From a virus (taxonomy: Duplodnaviria; Caudoviricetes), in IMG/VR virus record IMGVR_UViG_2917752670_000006, positions 1,765 through 65,764 of that record: DNA of 64,000 nt; one strand, written 5' to 3'. Positions 49,485-58,296 of this stretch are shown here, one piece after another (within the stretch, counting starts at the first letter, position 1; every line of letters starts with the position of its first letter). Below the pieces are notes generated by a model, which searched no databases, was not told the origin of the DNA, and saw only the letters and a program-made list of their open reading frames with translations. The position numbers and the translations under genes are program-made.

Positions 49485-51263
49485 ATGAGCAAGCTTGGAT
49501 CATTCATCTGGAGAATCGCCGACCAGCTGCGAGGTCCCTACAAGCCCCACCAGTACGGGGATGTCATCCTTCCGATGACCATCCTGCGCCGCCTGGACTG
49601 CCTCCTCGCCGACAGTCACGATGAAGTCATCAAACTCGCGGCGACGACAGACAGCCCAGACCTGTTGCAGGTCAAGGTACGCCGTGCCACCGGGCTGGAG
49701 TTTTTCAACACAAGCCCCTGGACACTCAAGAAGCTGCTCGGTGATCCGGACGGTTTGGAGAATAACCTCATCCAGTACCTGGCAGGGTTCTCCTCCAACA
49801 TCGACATATTTCCGCGATTCAAGTTCGAAGAACAGATTCACACGATGGCAGAAAAGAATCTGCTTTTCATCGTGGTCGAGGCATTCACCAAGGTTGATCT
49901 ACACCCCTCCAAGGTCACCAACGCCGAGATGGGTGACATGTATGAGTACCTCATTCGCACCTTCAACGAAAGCTCGAACGAGTCTCCCGGTGAGCACTTC
50001 ACCCCGCGCGACGCCATTCGCCTCATGGTGGATCTAATCTTTGCTGGGGACGACGAAGCACTCAGTGAGCCCGGCACGATTCGTTCCATCTATGACCCCA
50101 CGGTCGGCACAGGCGGCATGCTCTCGATTGCAGAAGAGCACTTCATCGGCTCTGAGGAGATGCCAGGCATGAACCCCCAGGCTCAGTTGCGCCTCTATGG
50201 GCAGGAGTGGAACGACCAGTCCTACGCCGTGTGCAAATCAGACATGCTCATGAAAGGTCATGACCCCTCCAACATCCAGCTTGGGGACACCCTCGCCGAT
50301 GACAAGTTCGCAGGCCAAACCTTCGACTATTGCCTATCCAACCCACCGTATGGGGACGACTGGAAGAAGAGCCAGGCGGCTGTCATGGCTGAGCTCGCCA
50401 ATCTTGGTAGCGCCTCGCGTTTCTATGCGGGAGACCCGACTCCGAAGAAGAATGTGCCTTCCGTCAGTGATGGGCAGATGCTGTTCCTTCAGCACGTAGT
50501 CTCCAAAATGCGACCCTCATCCCAAGGTGGTGGCCGGGCAGGCATCGTCCTGAACGGCTCCCCTCTGTTCAACGGCAAAGCAGGATCAGGCCCGTCCAAC
50601 ATCCGCCGTCGCCTGCTCGAAGCAGATGTAGTCGACGCCATCATCGCACTGCCCACCGACATGTTCTACAACACCGGTATCGCGACCTACATCTGGATCC
50701 TGGACAACAACAAACCCGAAGAGCGCCGCGGCACCGTCCAGCTCATCGACGCCACCGAGTTCTACACCAAGATGCGCAAGAAGCTCGGCGACAAGGGACG
50801 CGAACTCTCCGCCGAGGATCGGATCACCATCCTCAATATCTACGCAGACCACCTTGAAAGCCGGTACTGCAAGATCCTCCCCATCGAAGAGTTTGGATAT
50901 TGGGAGATCACCGTCGAACGCCCACAGCGCGACGATGACGGCAACCCCATCACCACTGCCCGTGGCAAACAACTAGCGGACTCTGCACTGCGCGACACTG
51001 AACGTGTCCCATTCACCTACGGAGGCAACCGCGCAGGCGACGCCGGACGCAAGCAGACCATCGAGACGTACATGCAGGCTGAAGTCTTGCCCTACGTACC
51101 CGACGCATGGGTGGACGCCAAGAAGACCAAGATCGGCTACGAGATCCCTTTCAATAGGCACTTCTACCGCTACACCCCGCCCCGCCTACTCGAAGAAATC
51201 GACGCCGAACTCCAGCAAGTCTCCCGCGAAATTCTCGACCTCCTTAGCGAGGTGACCGAATGA
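49485..51263 (+). CDS. hsdM: Type I R-M methyltransferase
   Basis: IW.IADQLRG, GEHFTPR, YDPTVGTGGML, NPPY, GYEIPFNRHFY. Confidence 0.95.
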   Translation: MSKLGSFIWRIADQLRGPYKPHQYGDVILPMTILRRLDCLLADSHDEVIKLAATTDSPDLLQVKVRRATGLEFFNTSPWTLKKLLGDPDGLENNLIQYLAGFSSNIDIFPRFKFEEQIHTMAEKNLLFIVVEAFTKVDLHPSKVTNAEMGDMYEYLIRTFNESSNESPGEHFTPRDAIRLMVDLIFAGDDEALSEPGTIRSIYDPTVGTGGMLSIAEEHFIGSEEMPGMNPQAQLRLYGQEWNDQSYAVCKSDMLMKGHDPSNIQLGDTLADDKFAGQTFDYCLSNPPYGDDWKKSQAAVMAELANLGSASRFYAGDPTPKKNVPSVSDGQMLFLQHVVSKMRPSSQGGGRAGIVLNGSPLFNGKAGSGPSNIRRRLLEADVVDAIIALPTDMFYNTGIATYIWILDNNKPEERRGTVQLIDATEFYTKMRKKLGDKGRELSAEDRITILNIYADHLESRYCKILPIEEFGYWEITVERPQRDDDGNPITTARGKQLADSALRDTERVPFTYGGNRAGDAGRKQTIETYMQAEVLPYVPDAWVDAKKTKIGYEIPFNRHFYRYTPPRLLEEIDAELQQVSREILDLLSEVTE

Positions 51264-52486
51264 TCTGGGAAGGCTTACCAATCCCACGTACCTGGGGAAT
51301 AGCGCCTTTTTCGACCCAGCATCGATTTCACAAGGGCTTTTCAATCACTAAGGCCGACCTCGTGGATGCGGGAATTCCGGTGGTCAATTACGGGCAAGTC
51401 CACTCGAAAGAAAATACTTCAGTTCGTCTCAGCAGAGCACTACTGCGATACTTACCTGAAAACTTCGATCTTGCTTGTACTCCTCCTCTCGCAGAGGGAG
51501 ATCTAGTTTTTGCCGATACTTCGGAAGATTTGACTGGCGTCGGAGCGTTTGTTCGATACACAGCCGGTTCCAGCAACACTGTGTTTCCGGGCTCTCATAT
51601 CCTCGTCGCAAGCCCAGAACAACAACTTAGGCACCCATACTTCGCGTATTTGTATTTATCAGATGCCTGGAGAAACCAAATTCGCCGTCTAGCTATGGGA
51701 GTGAAGGTATACAGTGTTACCCAAAGTCTTCTAAAAGAGTGTTCTGTGCTACTGCCCCCTACCGAGGCGCAAGACCGGATTGTGCGGTTCTTGGATGAGG
51801 AAACCGCCAAGATCGACCATCTCATCGAAAAGTACGAACGTTTGCTGGATTTGGTCGCGGTTCAAGCTGAAACGCGGTGGCATCAGCTATTTGCAGGCCT
51901 TTCAACGTGTCCAGAGCGTCCGTTGAAGCGAGTGCTTCAGAAAGTAACGCGGCCAGCCTTCGCCGGAGAAGGCGTAATCACCGCATTCAGAGATGGTCAA
52001 GTCACACTCCGCGCGAACCGTCGCGAGGAGGGATTCACTTTCTCCGACACTGAAGACGGATACCAAGGGATCGAACCTGGCGATCTGGTCTATCACGGCC
52101 TTGATGGCTTTGCTGGTGCTGTTGGGGTGTCGGATAGCCACGGAAATGGAAGCCCGGTCTATCACGTCTGCCGCCCGCTCGATGAACAGGACAATCTCCA
52201 TTTCCTGGCCTCCTATCTGAGGTTCCTCGGCCTGAGCGGATTCCTTGCTACCCAAGCGCCCAACGTGCGCCAGCGGTCGGTTGATTTCCGAAACTGGGAA
52301 ACGTTCTCCAGGATTCCAATTAGGGTTCCCTCACGACGTGAGCAAGATGAAATCGTCACACGCTTGGAAGAGTTCAAGACATCGAGGGAAACGACAGAAG
52401 AATTGACGCAAAAAGCGATTGCTTTGCTGCGCGAGCGTCGGTCGGCGTTGATCACGGCTGCTGTGACCGGGCAGATCGAGATGTAG
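51260..52486 (+). CDS. hsdS: Type I R-M specificity subunit
   Basis: Two TRDs; PP..Q.RIV.FLD and LRERRSALITAAVTG conserved regions. Confidence 0.93.
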   Translation: MIWEGLPIPRTWGIAPFSTQHRFHKGFSITKADLVDAGIPVVNYGQVHSKENTSVRLSRALLRYLPENFDLACTPPLAEGDLVFADTSEDLTGVGAFVRYTAGSSNTVFPGSHILVASPEQQLRHPYFAYLYLSDAWRNQIRRLAMGVKVYSVTQSLLKECSVLLPPTEAQDRIVRFLDEETAKIDHLIEKYERLLDLVAVQAETRWHQLFAGLSTCPERPLKRVLQKVTRPAFAGEGVITAFRDGQVTLRANRREEGFTFSDTEDGYQGIEPGDLVYHGLDGFAGAVGVSDSHGNGSPVYHVCRPLDEQDNLHFLASYLRFLGLSGFLATQAPNVRQRSVDFRNWETFSRIPIRVPSRREQDEIVTRLEEFKTSRETTEELTQKAIALLRERRSALITAAVTGQIEM

Positions 52487-52496
52487 GGACTAGAGC

Positions 52497-55400
52497 ATGG
52501 GTGTTGAGCACGAGATTGCTTTCGAGACGGAGATCTGCGAGTACCTGGCTACGCACGGGTGGATCTACGACGGCCCTGGCGATAACGGCGGCTATGACAA
52601 GGAACTGGGTTTGTACCCGGCGGATGTGTTGGCGTGGTTAGAGCAAACCCAGTCTGAGGAGTTCGCCAAGATTGTCCAGCCAGATATGTCTTCGGCTAAG
52701 CAGGAGGCTGCCAAGAGAGCAGTGTTGGACCGGTTGGTGAGGAGCTTGGATAAGCCTCTGGAGCAAGGTGGGGGCACGCTGGCCGTGCTGCGGCAGGGTT
52801 TCCGTAAGGCGCCTGCTCGTTTCTCGATGTGCGCGTTCAAACCGGCGACTAGCTTGAATCCCCTGGCTTGGGATCACTACCAGGCTAACCGTCTGCGCGT
52901 CGTGCGTCAGGTGTACTACTCCAAGTTGCGCCCGGTTGACTCTATCGACTTGGTGCTGTTTGTCAATGGTCTGCCGGTGGCCACGATCGAGCTCAAGACC
53001 GATGACCAGCAGAGCATCGAGGATGCGGTGCGCCAGTACCGGCATGACCGTGATCCCAAGGGTGAGCGGCTGCTGGGTTTCGGTAACCGTTGCCTGGTGC
53101 ACTTCGCGGTCTCAACCGACGAAGTGCGGATGACCACGAAGCTAGCTGGTTCCAAGACGTTTTTCCTGCCCTTCAATCTGGGTCGTGATGGGGGTGCCGG
53201 CAACCCGGTGAACCCCAATGGTGCGGCGTCGTCGTATCTGTGGGAGCGGGTGCTGGACCGTGACGCGTGGCTGAACATCCTGGGTTCGTTCCTGCACCTG
53301 ACCATTGAGCAGCAGGTCGATCCGATCACTGGTGCGCGCTCGACTTCGTCGAAGATTCTCTTCCCTCGTTTCCATCAGTGGGAGCTGGTTACCTCTCTGC
53401 TAGATACGGCCCGTTGCGAAGGACCGGGGCACCGCTACCTGGTTCAGCACTCGGCCGGTAGCGGCAAGACGAACTCGATTGCGTGGCTCGCCCACGGCCT
53501 GTCCAAACTTCACGACGATGCCAACCACAAGGTTTTTGACTCAGTTGTGGTGGTCACGGACCGCACAGTGCTCGATGACCAGCTTCAAAAGGCTATCACC
53601 AGTCTGGAAGGCACTGCGGGAACCGTCGCAAGCATCAACATCGATGAGGCCCGCAGAGCCGGCGAAACCTCGAAGTCTGCTCTACTGGCTGGCTCGTTGT
53701 TGTCGGGCAAGCAGATCGTGATTGTTACGATGCAGACCTTCCCATTCGTGCTCGATGCGATTGCTCAAACCCAGGGGCTGGCTGACCGTAACTTTGCGAT
53801 CATCGCAGACGAGGCGCACTCGTCCCAGACGGGCAGAGTGTCACAGAAACTGCGGGCAGTCCTGACTACCGCAGAGCAGGAAGATGTCGATGACGGTGGC
53901 GACGTTGCCCTGGAGGACGTGATTGCCGCCGAGATGAGTGCTCGCGCGGACGCACCGAACTTGTCCTTCTTCGCGTTCACCGCCACCCCGAAGGCTAAGA
54001 CCCTTGAGCTCTTCGGTCGGCGGGATTCCGATGGTGTTCCTCAGGCGTTCCACGTCTACACGATGCAGCAAGCCATTGAGGAGGGCTTCATTCTGGATGT
54101 GCTGCGCAACTACACCACCTACAAGACTGCCTTCCGGGTTGCTGAAAGCACAAAGAACCCGTTTGCTGATGATGATCTGGTTGATGAGTCGACAGCAACC
54201 AAAGGACTGATGCGTTGGGTTTCTCTGCACCCGACGAATATCGCGCAAAAGGTTCAGATCATCATCGAGCACTACCGCGCCAACGTTGCTTGTCTGCTCG
54301 ACGGTCACGCAAAGGCCATGGTGGTCACGGCCTCACGGGTGGCAGCGGTCAAGTACAAGGAGGCCATGGATCGCTACATCCGCGACCACGGTTATGACCT
54401 GGCCACGCTTGTCGCATTCTCTGGTTCGATCACCGCTGAGCAAGCCCCCGATGTGTCTTTTGGGTACACGGAGCCGCCCTACACGGAAAACACCCTCAAC
54501 CGAGGTCTTCGTGGCCGTAGCCTGCCGAACGCGTTTGCAACAGACGAGTACCAGGTACTGATTGTGGCCAATAAGTACCAGACAGGATTCGACCAGCCCC
54601 TGTTGTGCGCGATGTACGTGGACAAACGACTGTCTGGGATTACCGCCGTCCAGACGCTCTCCCGTCTCAACCGCACCTACCCCGCGGCAGGCAAGGACAC
54701 GACCTACGTGCTGGACTTCGTGAACGACCCTGAGGAGATCTGCAAGTCGTTCTTGCCGTACTACCGCACAGCCGAGATCCTCCAGCCCACCGATCCCGAC
54801 CTGATCTACGACATCCAAGCCAAGCTAGCGGTGCAAGCGATCTACACCGACCAAGAAGTCGAGAACTTCGCGGTAGCCTTCCTCACCAAGGGAACCACCC
54901 ACGGGGCACACACCGGGCCTCTCAAAGCTGCAGCGGACCGCTTCAACGATCGCTACATCCAAGCCGTACAAGGCAAGGACAAGCATCGCATCGACGAACT
55001 GGACCTGTTCAAAAAGGACGTCTCCTCCTTCGTCAAAACCTACGACTTCCTTTCCCAGATCATCGACTACCAAGACACGATGCTGGAAAAGCTCGCACTG
55101 TTCCTGCGCTTGCTGCTGCCGAGACTAACGGGCAAGAAGAACGTCGAAGAGCTCGACTTCTCCAGCATCGAGCTAACCCACATCAAACAAGCCCGAAAGG
55201 CCGATGTGACAATCGATCTCAACGGCGGGACAAGCGACAAGCTCAAACCTGTCGGTGTGGGCAGTGGTGGCACGCACGACCCGAACCTGGTCGAGTGGAA
55301 CACGATCATCGAGCGGATCAACAGCCTGTTCGCGGATGAGGATTTTAGCCCATCGGCGGTGGAGTCCTGGGTCCAAGGCGTTGTCACGATCCTCGTCGAA

Positions 55401-55619
55401 CAAGAAGACATCCGCCAACAAGCAAACGCGAACACTCGAGAGCAGTTCCGGGAATCACGCGACCTGGAACGAGCCGTCGAGGATGCCGTCGTCTCGCATC
55501 AAGAAGACCAGTCGAAGATCATGGATTACTTCTTCTCCAGCGCCTCCCAGCGCGAAGAAATCATCCGCCAGATCAGTGACCTCGTCTATAGCCAACTCAC
55601 GCGCGAGGACCACTCGTAG
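52497..55619 (+). CDS. hsdR: Type I R-M restriction subunit
   Basis: D..LFVNGLP..ELK; QHSAGSGKT; DEAHSSQ; AFTATP; QTGFDQP; QTLSRLNR. Confidence 0.95.
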   Translation: MGVEHEIAFETEICEYLATHGWIYDGPGDNGGYDKELGLYPADVLAWLEQTQSEEFAKIVQPDMSSAKQEAAKRAVLDRLVRSLDKPLEQGGGTLAVLRQGFRKAPARFSMCAFKPATSLNPLAWDHYQANRLRVVRQVYYSKLRPVDSIDLVLFVNGLPVATIELKTDDQQSIEDAVRQYRHDRDPKGERLLGFGNRCLVHFAVSTDEVRMTTKLAGSKTFFLPFNLGRDGGAGNPVNPNGAASSYLWERVLDRDAWLNILGSFLHLTIEQQVDPITGARSTSSKILFPRFHQWELVTSLLDTARCEGPGHRYLVQHSAGSGKTNSIAWLAHGLSKLHDDANHKVFDSVVVVTDRTVLDDQLQKAITSLEGTAGTVASINIDEARRAGETSKSALLAGSLLSGKQIVIVTMQTFPFVLDAIAQTQGLADRNFAIIADEAHSSQTGRVSQKLRAVLTTAEQEDVDDGGDVALEDVIAAEMSARADAPNLSFFAFTATPKAKTLELFGRRDSDGVPQAFHVYTMQQAIEEGFILDVLRNYTTYKTAFRVAESTKNPFADDDLVDESTATKGLMRWVSLHPTNIAQKVQIIIEHYRANVACLLDGHAKAMVVTASRVAAVKYKEAMDRYIRDHGYDLATLVAFSGSITAEQAPDVSFGYTEPPYTENTLNRGLRGRSLPNAFATDEYQVLIVANKYQTGFDQPLLCAMYVDKRLSGITAVQTLSRLNRTYPAAGKDTTYVLDFVNDPEEICKSFLPYYRTAEILQPTDPDLIYDIQAKLAVQAIYTDQEVENFAVAFLTKGTTHGAHTGPLKAAADRFNDRYIQAVQGKDKHRIDELDLFKKDVSSFVKTYDFLSQIIDYQDTMLEKLALFLRLLLPRLTGKKNVEELDFSSIELTHIKQARKADVTIDLNGGTSDKLKPVGVGSGGTHDPNLVEWNTIIERINSLFADEDFSPSAVESWVQGVVTILVEQEDIRQQANANTREQFRESRDLERAVEDAVVSHQEDQSKIMDYFFSSASQREEIIRQISDLVYSQLTREDHS

Positions 55620-55694
55620 CACGGAACGCCCCTGGGTTGCCTTCGCCATCTATCGACGAGGGGGAGGCAACCCAGGCATTTCACGCGAACGAAC

Positions 55695-55746
55695 CTTTTG
55701 ACGCAAGCCCTATACTTTTTGACACGGGGCCGTACTTTTTGACGCT
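55695..55746. repeat. Three TTTTGAC direct repeats at 20-21-bp spacing (putative prophage end/att arm)
   Basis: TTTTGAC at 55696, 55717 and 55737. Confidence 0.55.
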
Positions 55747-55935
55747 TCCTGCCTCAACCGGCCAAGTCACCCGCCGAGAGGCCGCTCCGAAGCCCCGATC
55801 AGCCACCGCCGGGGCACCTCCACAGCTCCGCACGCCCGGACCCAACATCCAGAGAACCGCCCCAGAACAGCGAAACGCCACCTCGGACACTTCCCGGCCA
55901 GGCCAGGATTCTTTGTATCCAGAGTGACGTTCTCT

Positions 55936-55981
55936 TGGAGCGGGTGACGGGAATCGAACCCGCGCTGTCAGCTTGGGAAGC
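55936..55981 (-). tRNA. 3' half of tRNA-Gly(CCC) including CCA; truncated att copy, not a full tRNA
   Basis: Reverse complement GCTTCCCAAGCTGACAGCGCGGGTTCGATTCCCGTCACCCGCTCCA; D-arm and 5' half absent. Confidence 0.88.
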
Positions 55982-56086
55982 GTCGAGGCGACACCTCGCA
56001 AACGTTGCTATTCCGCCGAAACACTGCGATATCTCAATGTTGTTGTTTGTCGTAGGTTAGCAGTTCGAGTCACTTATACGCACCCC

Positions 56087-56106
56087 ATTGGTCACGATTG
56101 GTCACG
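56087..56106. repeat. Tandem 10-bp direct repeat ATTGGTCACG x2 (arm-type integrase sites)
   Basis: About 105 bp from the att core, in an AT-richer stretch. Confidence 0.6.
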
Positions 56107-56245
56107 CCGAACACGTTTTTTGGCCGATCTTGGGCTGCAAGTTTATTGCGAGGGTTTAGGTATTTGGGCTGTTGGTAGTAGATAATGCCGCGCCCTGCCG
56201 CACGACGAAGGGGGCAGGGCGCGGCATGCGGTGCGAGGCAGCAGG

Positions 56246-57598
56246 TCAGGCTGTGCGTGTTCGCAGGGGCACCACGTTGGACGGGGCGGCGGCGTAGGCG
56301 TCCAGGGCGACGGCGATCTGCGCGTCCCGGCCCGCTAGGGCGTGCTGGTAGATCGCAGCGGCCTGGGTCGAGGCGTGGCCGATACGGGCCTGCAACTCGG
56401 CCATGGTGGCACCGCTGACGGCGGCCAGGGTGGCGCCGGTGTGGCGCAGGTCGTGCCATCGAAGGTCAGTACGCCCGACAGTGGCACGGGCAGTGGCCAT
56501 GGCGCGCGAGCGGTGGGAAGCAGACACGACGCCGCCGGAGGGCGTGGTGAACACGAGCGAGGCGGGCCCCTTGGCGGTGTAGGCGTCCAGGTGATCAGCC
56601 AGGGCGCGGGCGACGGTGGCCGGGACGGTGACGGTACGGCGCCCGGCGGCGGTCTTGGGCGGACCGAACGCGCTCCGCCCCGCGCGGGTACGCGTCTGCG
56701 TACGTTCCACGGTGACGGTGGCGGCACCTGGGTCGGCGACGTCCAGGTCGCAGCGTCGCAGGGCGAACACCTCCCCTGGGCGCAGTCCTGAGTAGGCGGC
56801 CAGCAGTGTGGCGGCGCGTAGGTGTGGCGGCATCGCGGCTGCCAGGGCTGAGACCTCGGCGGGCGTCAGCGGCTTGCGCTCGGGGGTCGGGACCGTGGCT
56901 GCCCCGCGCAGGCATGCCGGGTTGCGGTCGATCAGTCCGTCCTCCACGGCCTGGTTGAGGACGGTTCGCAGCAGCCTGTAGGCCTGTGCCGCCTGTGTCC
57001 GCCCGCGCGCGGTGCGCTCGGCGTGTGCCTGGCCGGTCGGGTCCGGGCGTCCAGCGGCCTGCCAGGCGGACAGGACGGCGAGGGGAAGGCGCCCGGTAGC
57101 GGGTACGTCGATCCCGCTGTCCCGGGCCCAGACGCGGGCGGGGTGGCAACGCTGGTTGGCGGACTGTGGGGCTGCGTGCGCACACTGTGCCAGCAGGGCG
57201 GCGTGCCAGTCGCGCACGAGCGGGGTGGTGATCTGTGCCAGGGGCACCGTGGACAGGTCAACCACGCTCACCCCGGTCCCGACGGGGGCGAGGATGAAGC
57301 AGCGTGCCAGGCGGTCGTACAGGCCCAGGGTCGAGGGACGCAGTTCTGTAGCTCGCTGGGTCAGGAAGGCCGGGAGGTAGGCGGCCAGTGTCATGTGCGC
57401 GCCCTCAGGAACGGGCGTCCGGCCACGTATCACCTCGGCGCGGGCGGTCACTAACCATGTCTCGGCCTGGGCGCGGGTGTCGAAGGTAGCGGGCGCGGAA
57501 TAACGGGCGCCGTCGGGGCCGGTGTAGCGGGCACGGAATTGCCCCGACGGCAAGCGGCTGATGGTGCCGAAGGCGCGGCGGTGGGAGCGGGCGGTCAC
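56246..57598 (-). CDS. Tyrosine integrase B (L5-like) with inserted Lsr2-type DNA-binding domain
   Basis: FGTISRLPSG..RARYTGPDG arm domain; GLRPGE, PKT, HDLRH, GH, Y; RVWARDSGIDVPATGRLP insert. Confidence 0.92.
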   Translation of the reverse strand: MTARSHRRAFGTISRLPSGQFRARYTGPDGARYSAPATFDTRAQAETWLVTARAEVIRGRTPVPEGAHMTLAAYLPAFLTQRATELRPSTLGLYDRLARCFILAPVGTGVSVVDLSTVPLAQITTPLVRDWHAALLAQCAHAAPQSANQRCHPARVWARDSGIDVPATGRLPLAVLSAWQAAGRPDPTGQAHAERTARGRTQAAQAYRLLRTVLNQAVEDGLIDRNPACLRGAATVPTPERKPLTPAEVSALAAAMPPHLRAATLLAAYSGLRPGEVFALRRCDLDVADPGAATVTVERTQTRTRAGRSAFGPPKTAAGRRTVTVPATVARALADHLDAYTAKGPASLVFTTPSGGVVSASHRSRAMATARATVGRTDLRWHDLRHTGATLAAVSGATMAELQARIGHASTQAAAIYQHALAGRDAQIAVALDAYAAAPSNVVPLRTRTA

Positions 57599-58296
57599 GA
57601 AAGTTCTCCTAGGTCAAGCATGGGCGGGGTCTGCCCGGCGGGCGGTCCGGGCGCTGGTAGCGGGTCCTGTATGTCCTGCCAGCGGCGCACGGGGGCGAAG
57701 GCGGGGGCGGTAGGCCAGGTCCACGGGGCTGGTATCGGCGTGGCACGGGTGTGGTGGGCGGCGCGGGTGTGGTGGGCGGCGCGGGTGGCGGCATCCATCT
57801 GCCTGTGACACGGGGAGCACATGGGCGTGTAGTCCCAGGGATCGGGCGACCACGCGCCGGTGTCGTCACGGCGGGCGTGGGCGGCGTCAGGGCGTAGTGC
57901 CCACTCGGCTGCCTGGGAGTGGCAGCCCGGCATCGTGCAGGCGTACAGCGAGGCGAAACCACGCGCACGGGACACGCGCACATGAGCGCAGCCATAGCCA
58001 GCAAGTTGGTCGCCTACCCACCGGCCTGAGTCCTGGGCGGCGGCGTAGCCGTCGAGGGTGCCCGGATGAAGGCCACGAGCACGCCGGTAGTGGGCGGCGC
58101 ACAGGCCACGGCCCTGAACAGGCTTGGAGCACCCCTTAACCAGACATGCCCTGCCTGTCAGGGATGAACCTGGGCACTTTTCGTCTCTTTGGTTCGGTTC
58201 CTCCCGCGTTAGGCCGTTTTTTGTGTGGTGGTGGGGGGAGAAGGACAGGCTGGCGCGGGGTGTCCCGTCGAATGTTCTGGAAAAAAGAGAAGCCAT
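57595..58296 (-). CDS. Zn-binding/HNH-like protein
   Basis: C.V.GC..GRGLCAAHY; AH.RV..RG.AS..C..GC; YTPMCSPCH; coupled to both neighbours. Confidence 0.6.
   Translation of the reverse strand: MASLFSRTFDGTPRASLSFSPHHHTKNGLTREEPNQRDEKCPGSSLTGRACLVKGCSKPVQGRGLCAAHYRRARGLHPGTLDGYAAAQDSGRWVGDQLAGYGCAHVRVSRARGFASLYACTMPGCHSQAAEWALRPDAAHARRDDTGAWSPDPWDYTPMCSPCHRQMDAATRAAHHTRAAHHTRATPIPAPWTWPTAPAFAPVRRWQDIQDPLPAPGPPAGQTPPMLDLGELS

Larger units (their letters stand above)
800..55760. mobile_element. Cryptic siphoviral prophage with large serine recombinases; ends approximate
   Basis: Complete modular order: recombinases, lysis, tail, head, terminase, methylase/MetK, HNH, SNF2/primase/PolA, sigma-like gene, divergent defence block. 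Confidence 0.9.

Noticed and set aside
55936-56010. Complete tRNA-Gly gene
   Set aside because: Only the anticodon arm to CCA is present; the 5' half is replaced by element DNA
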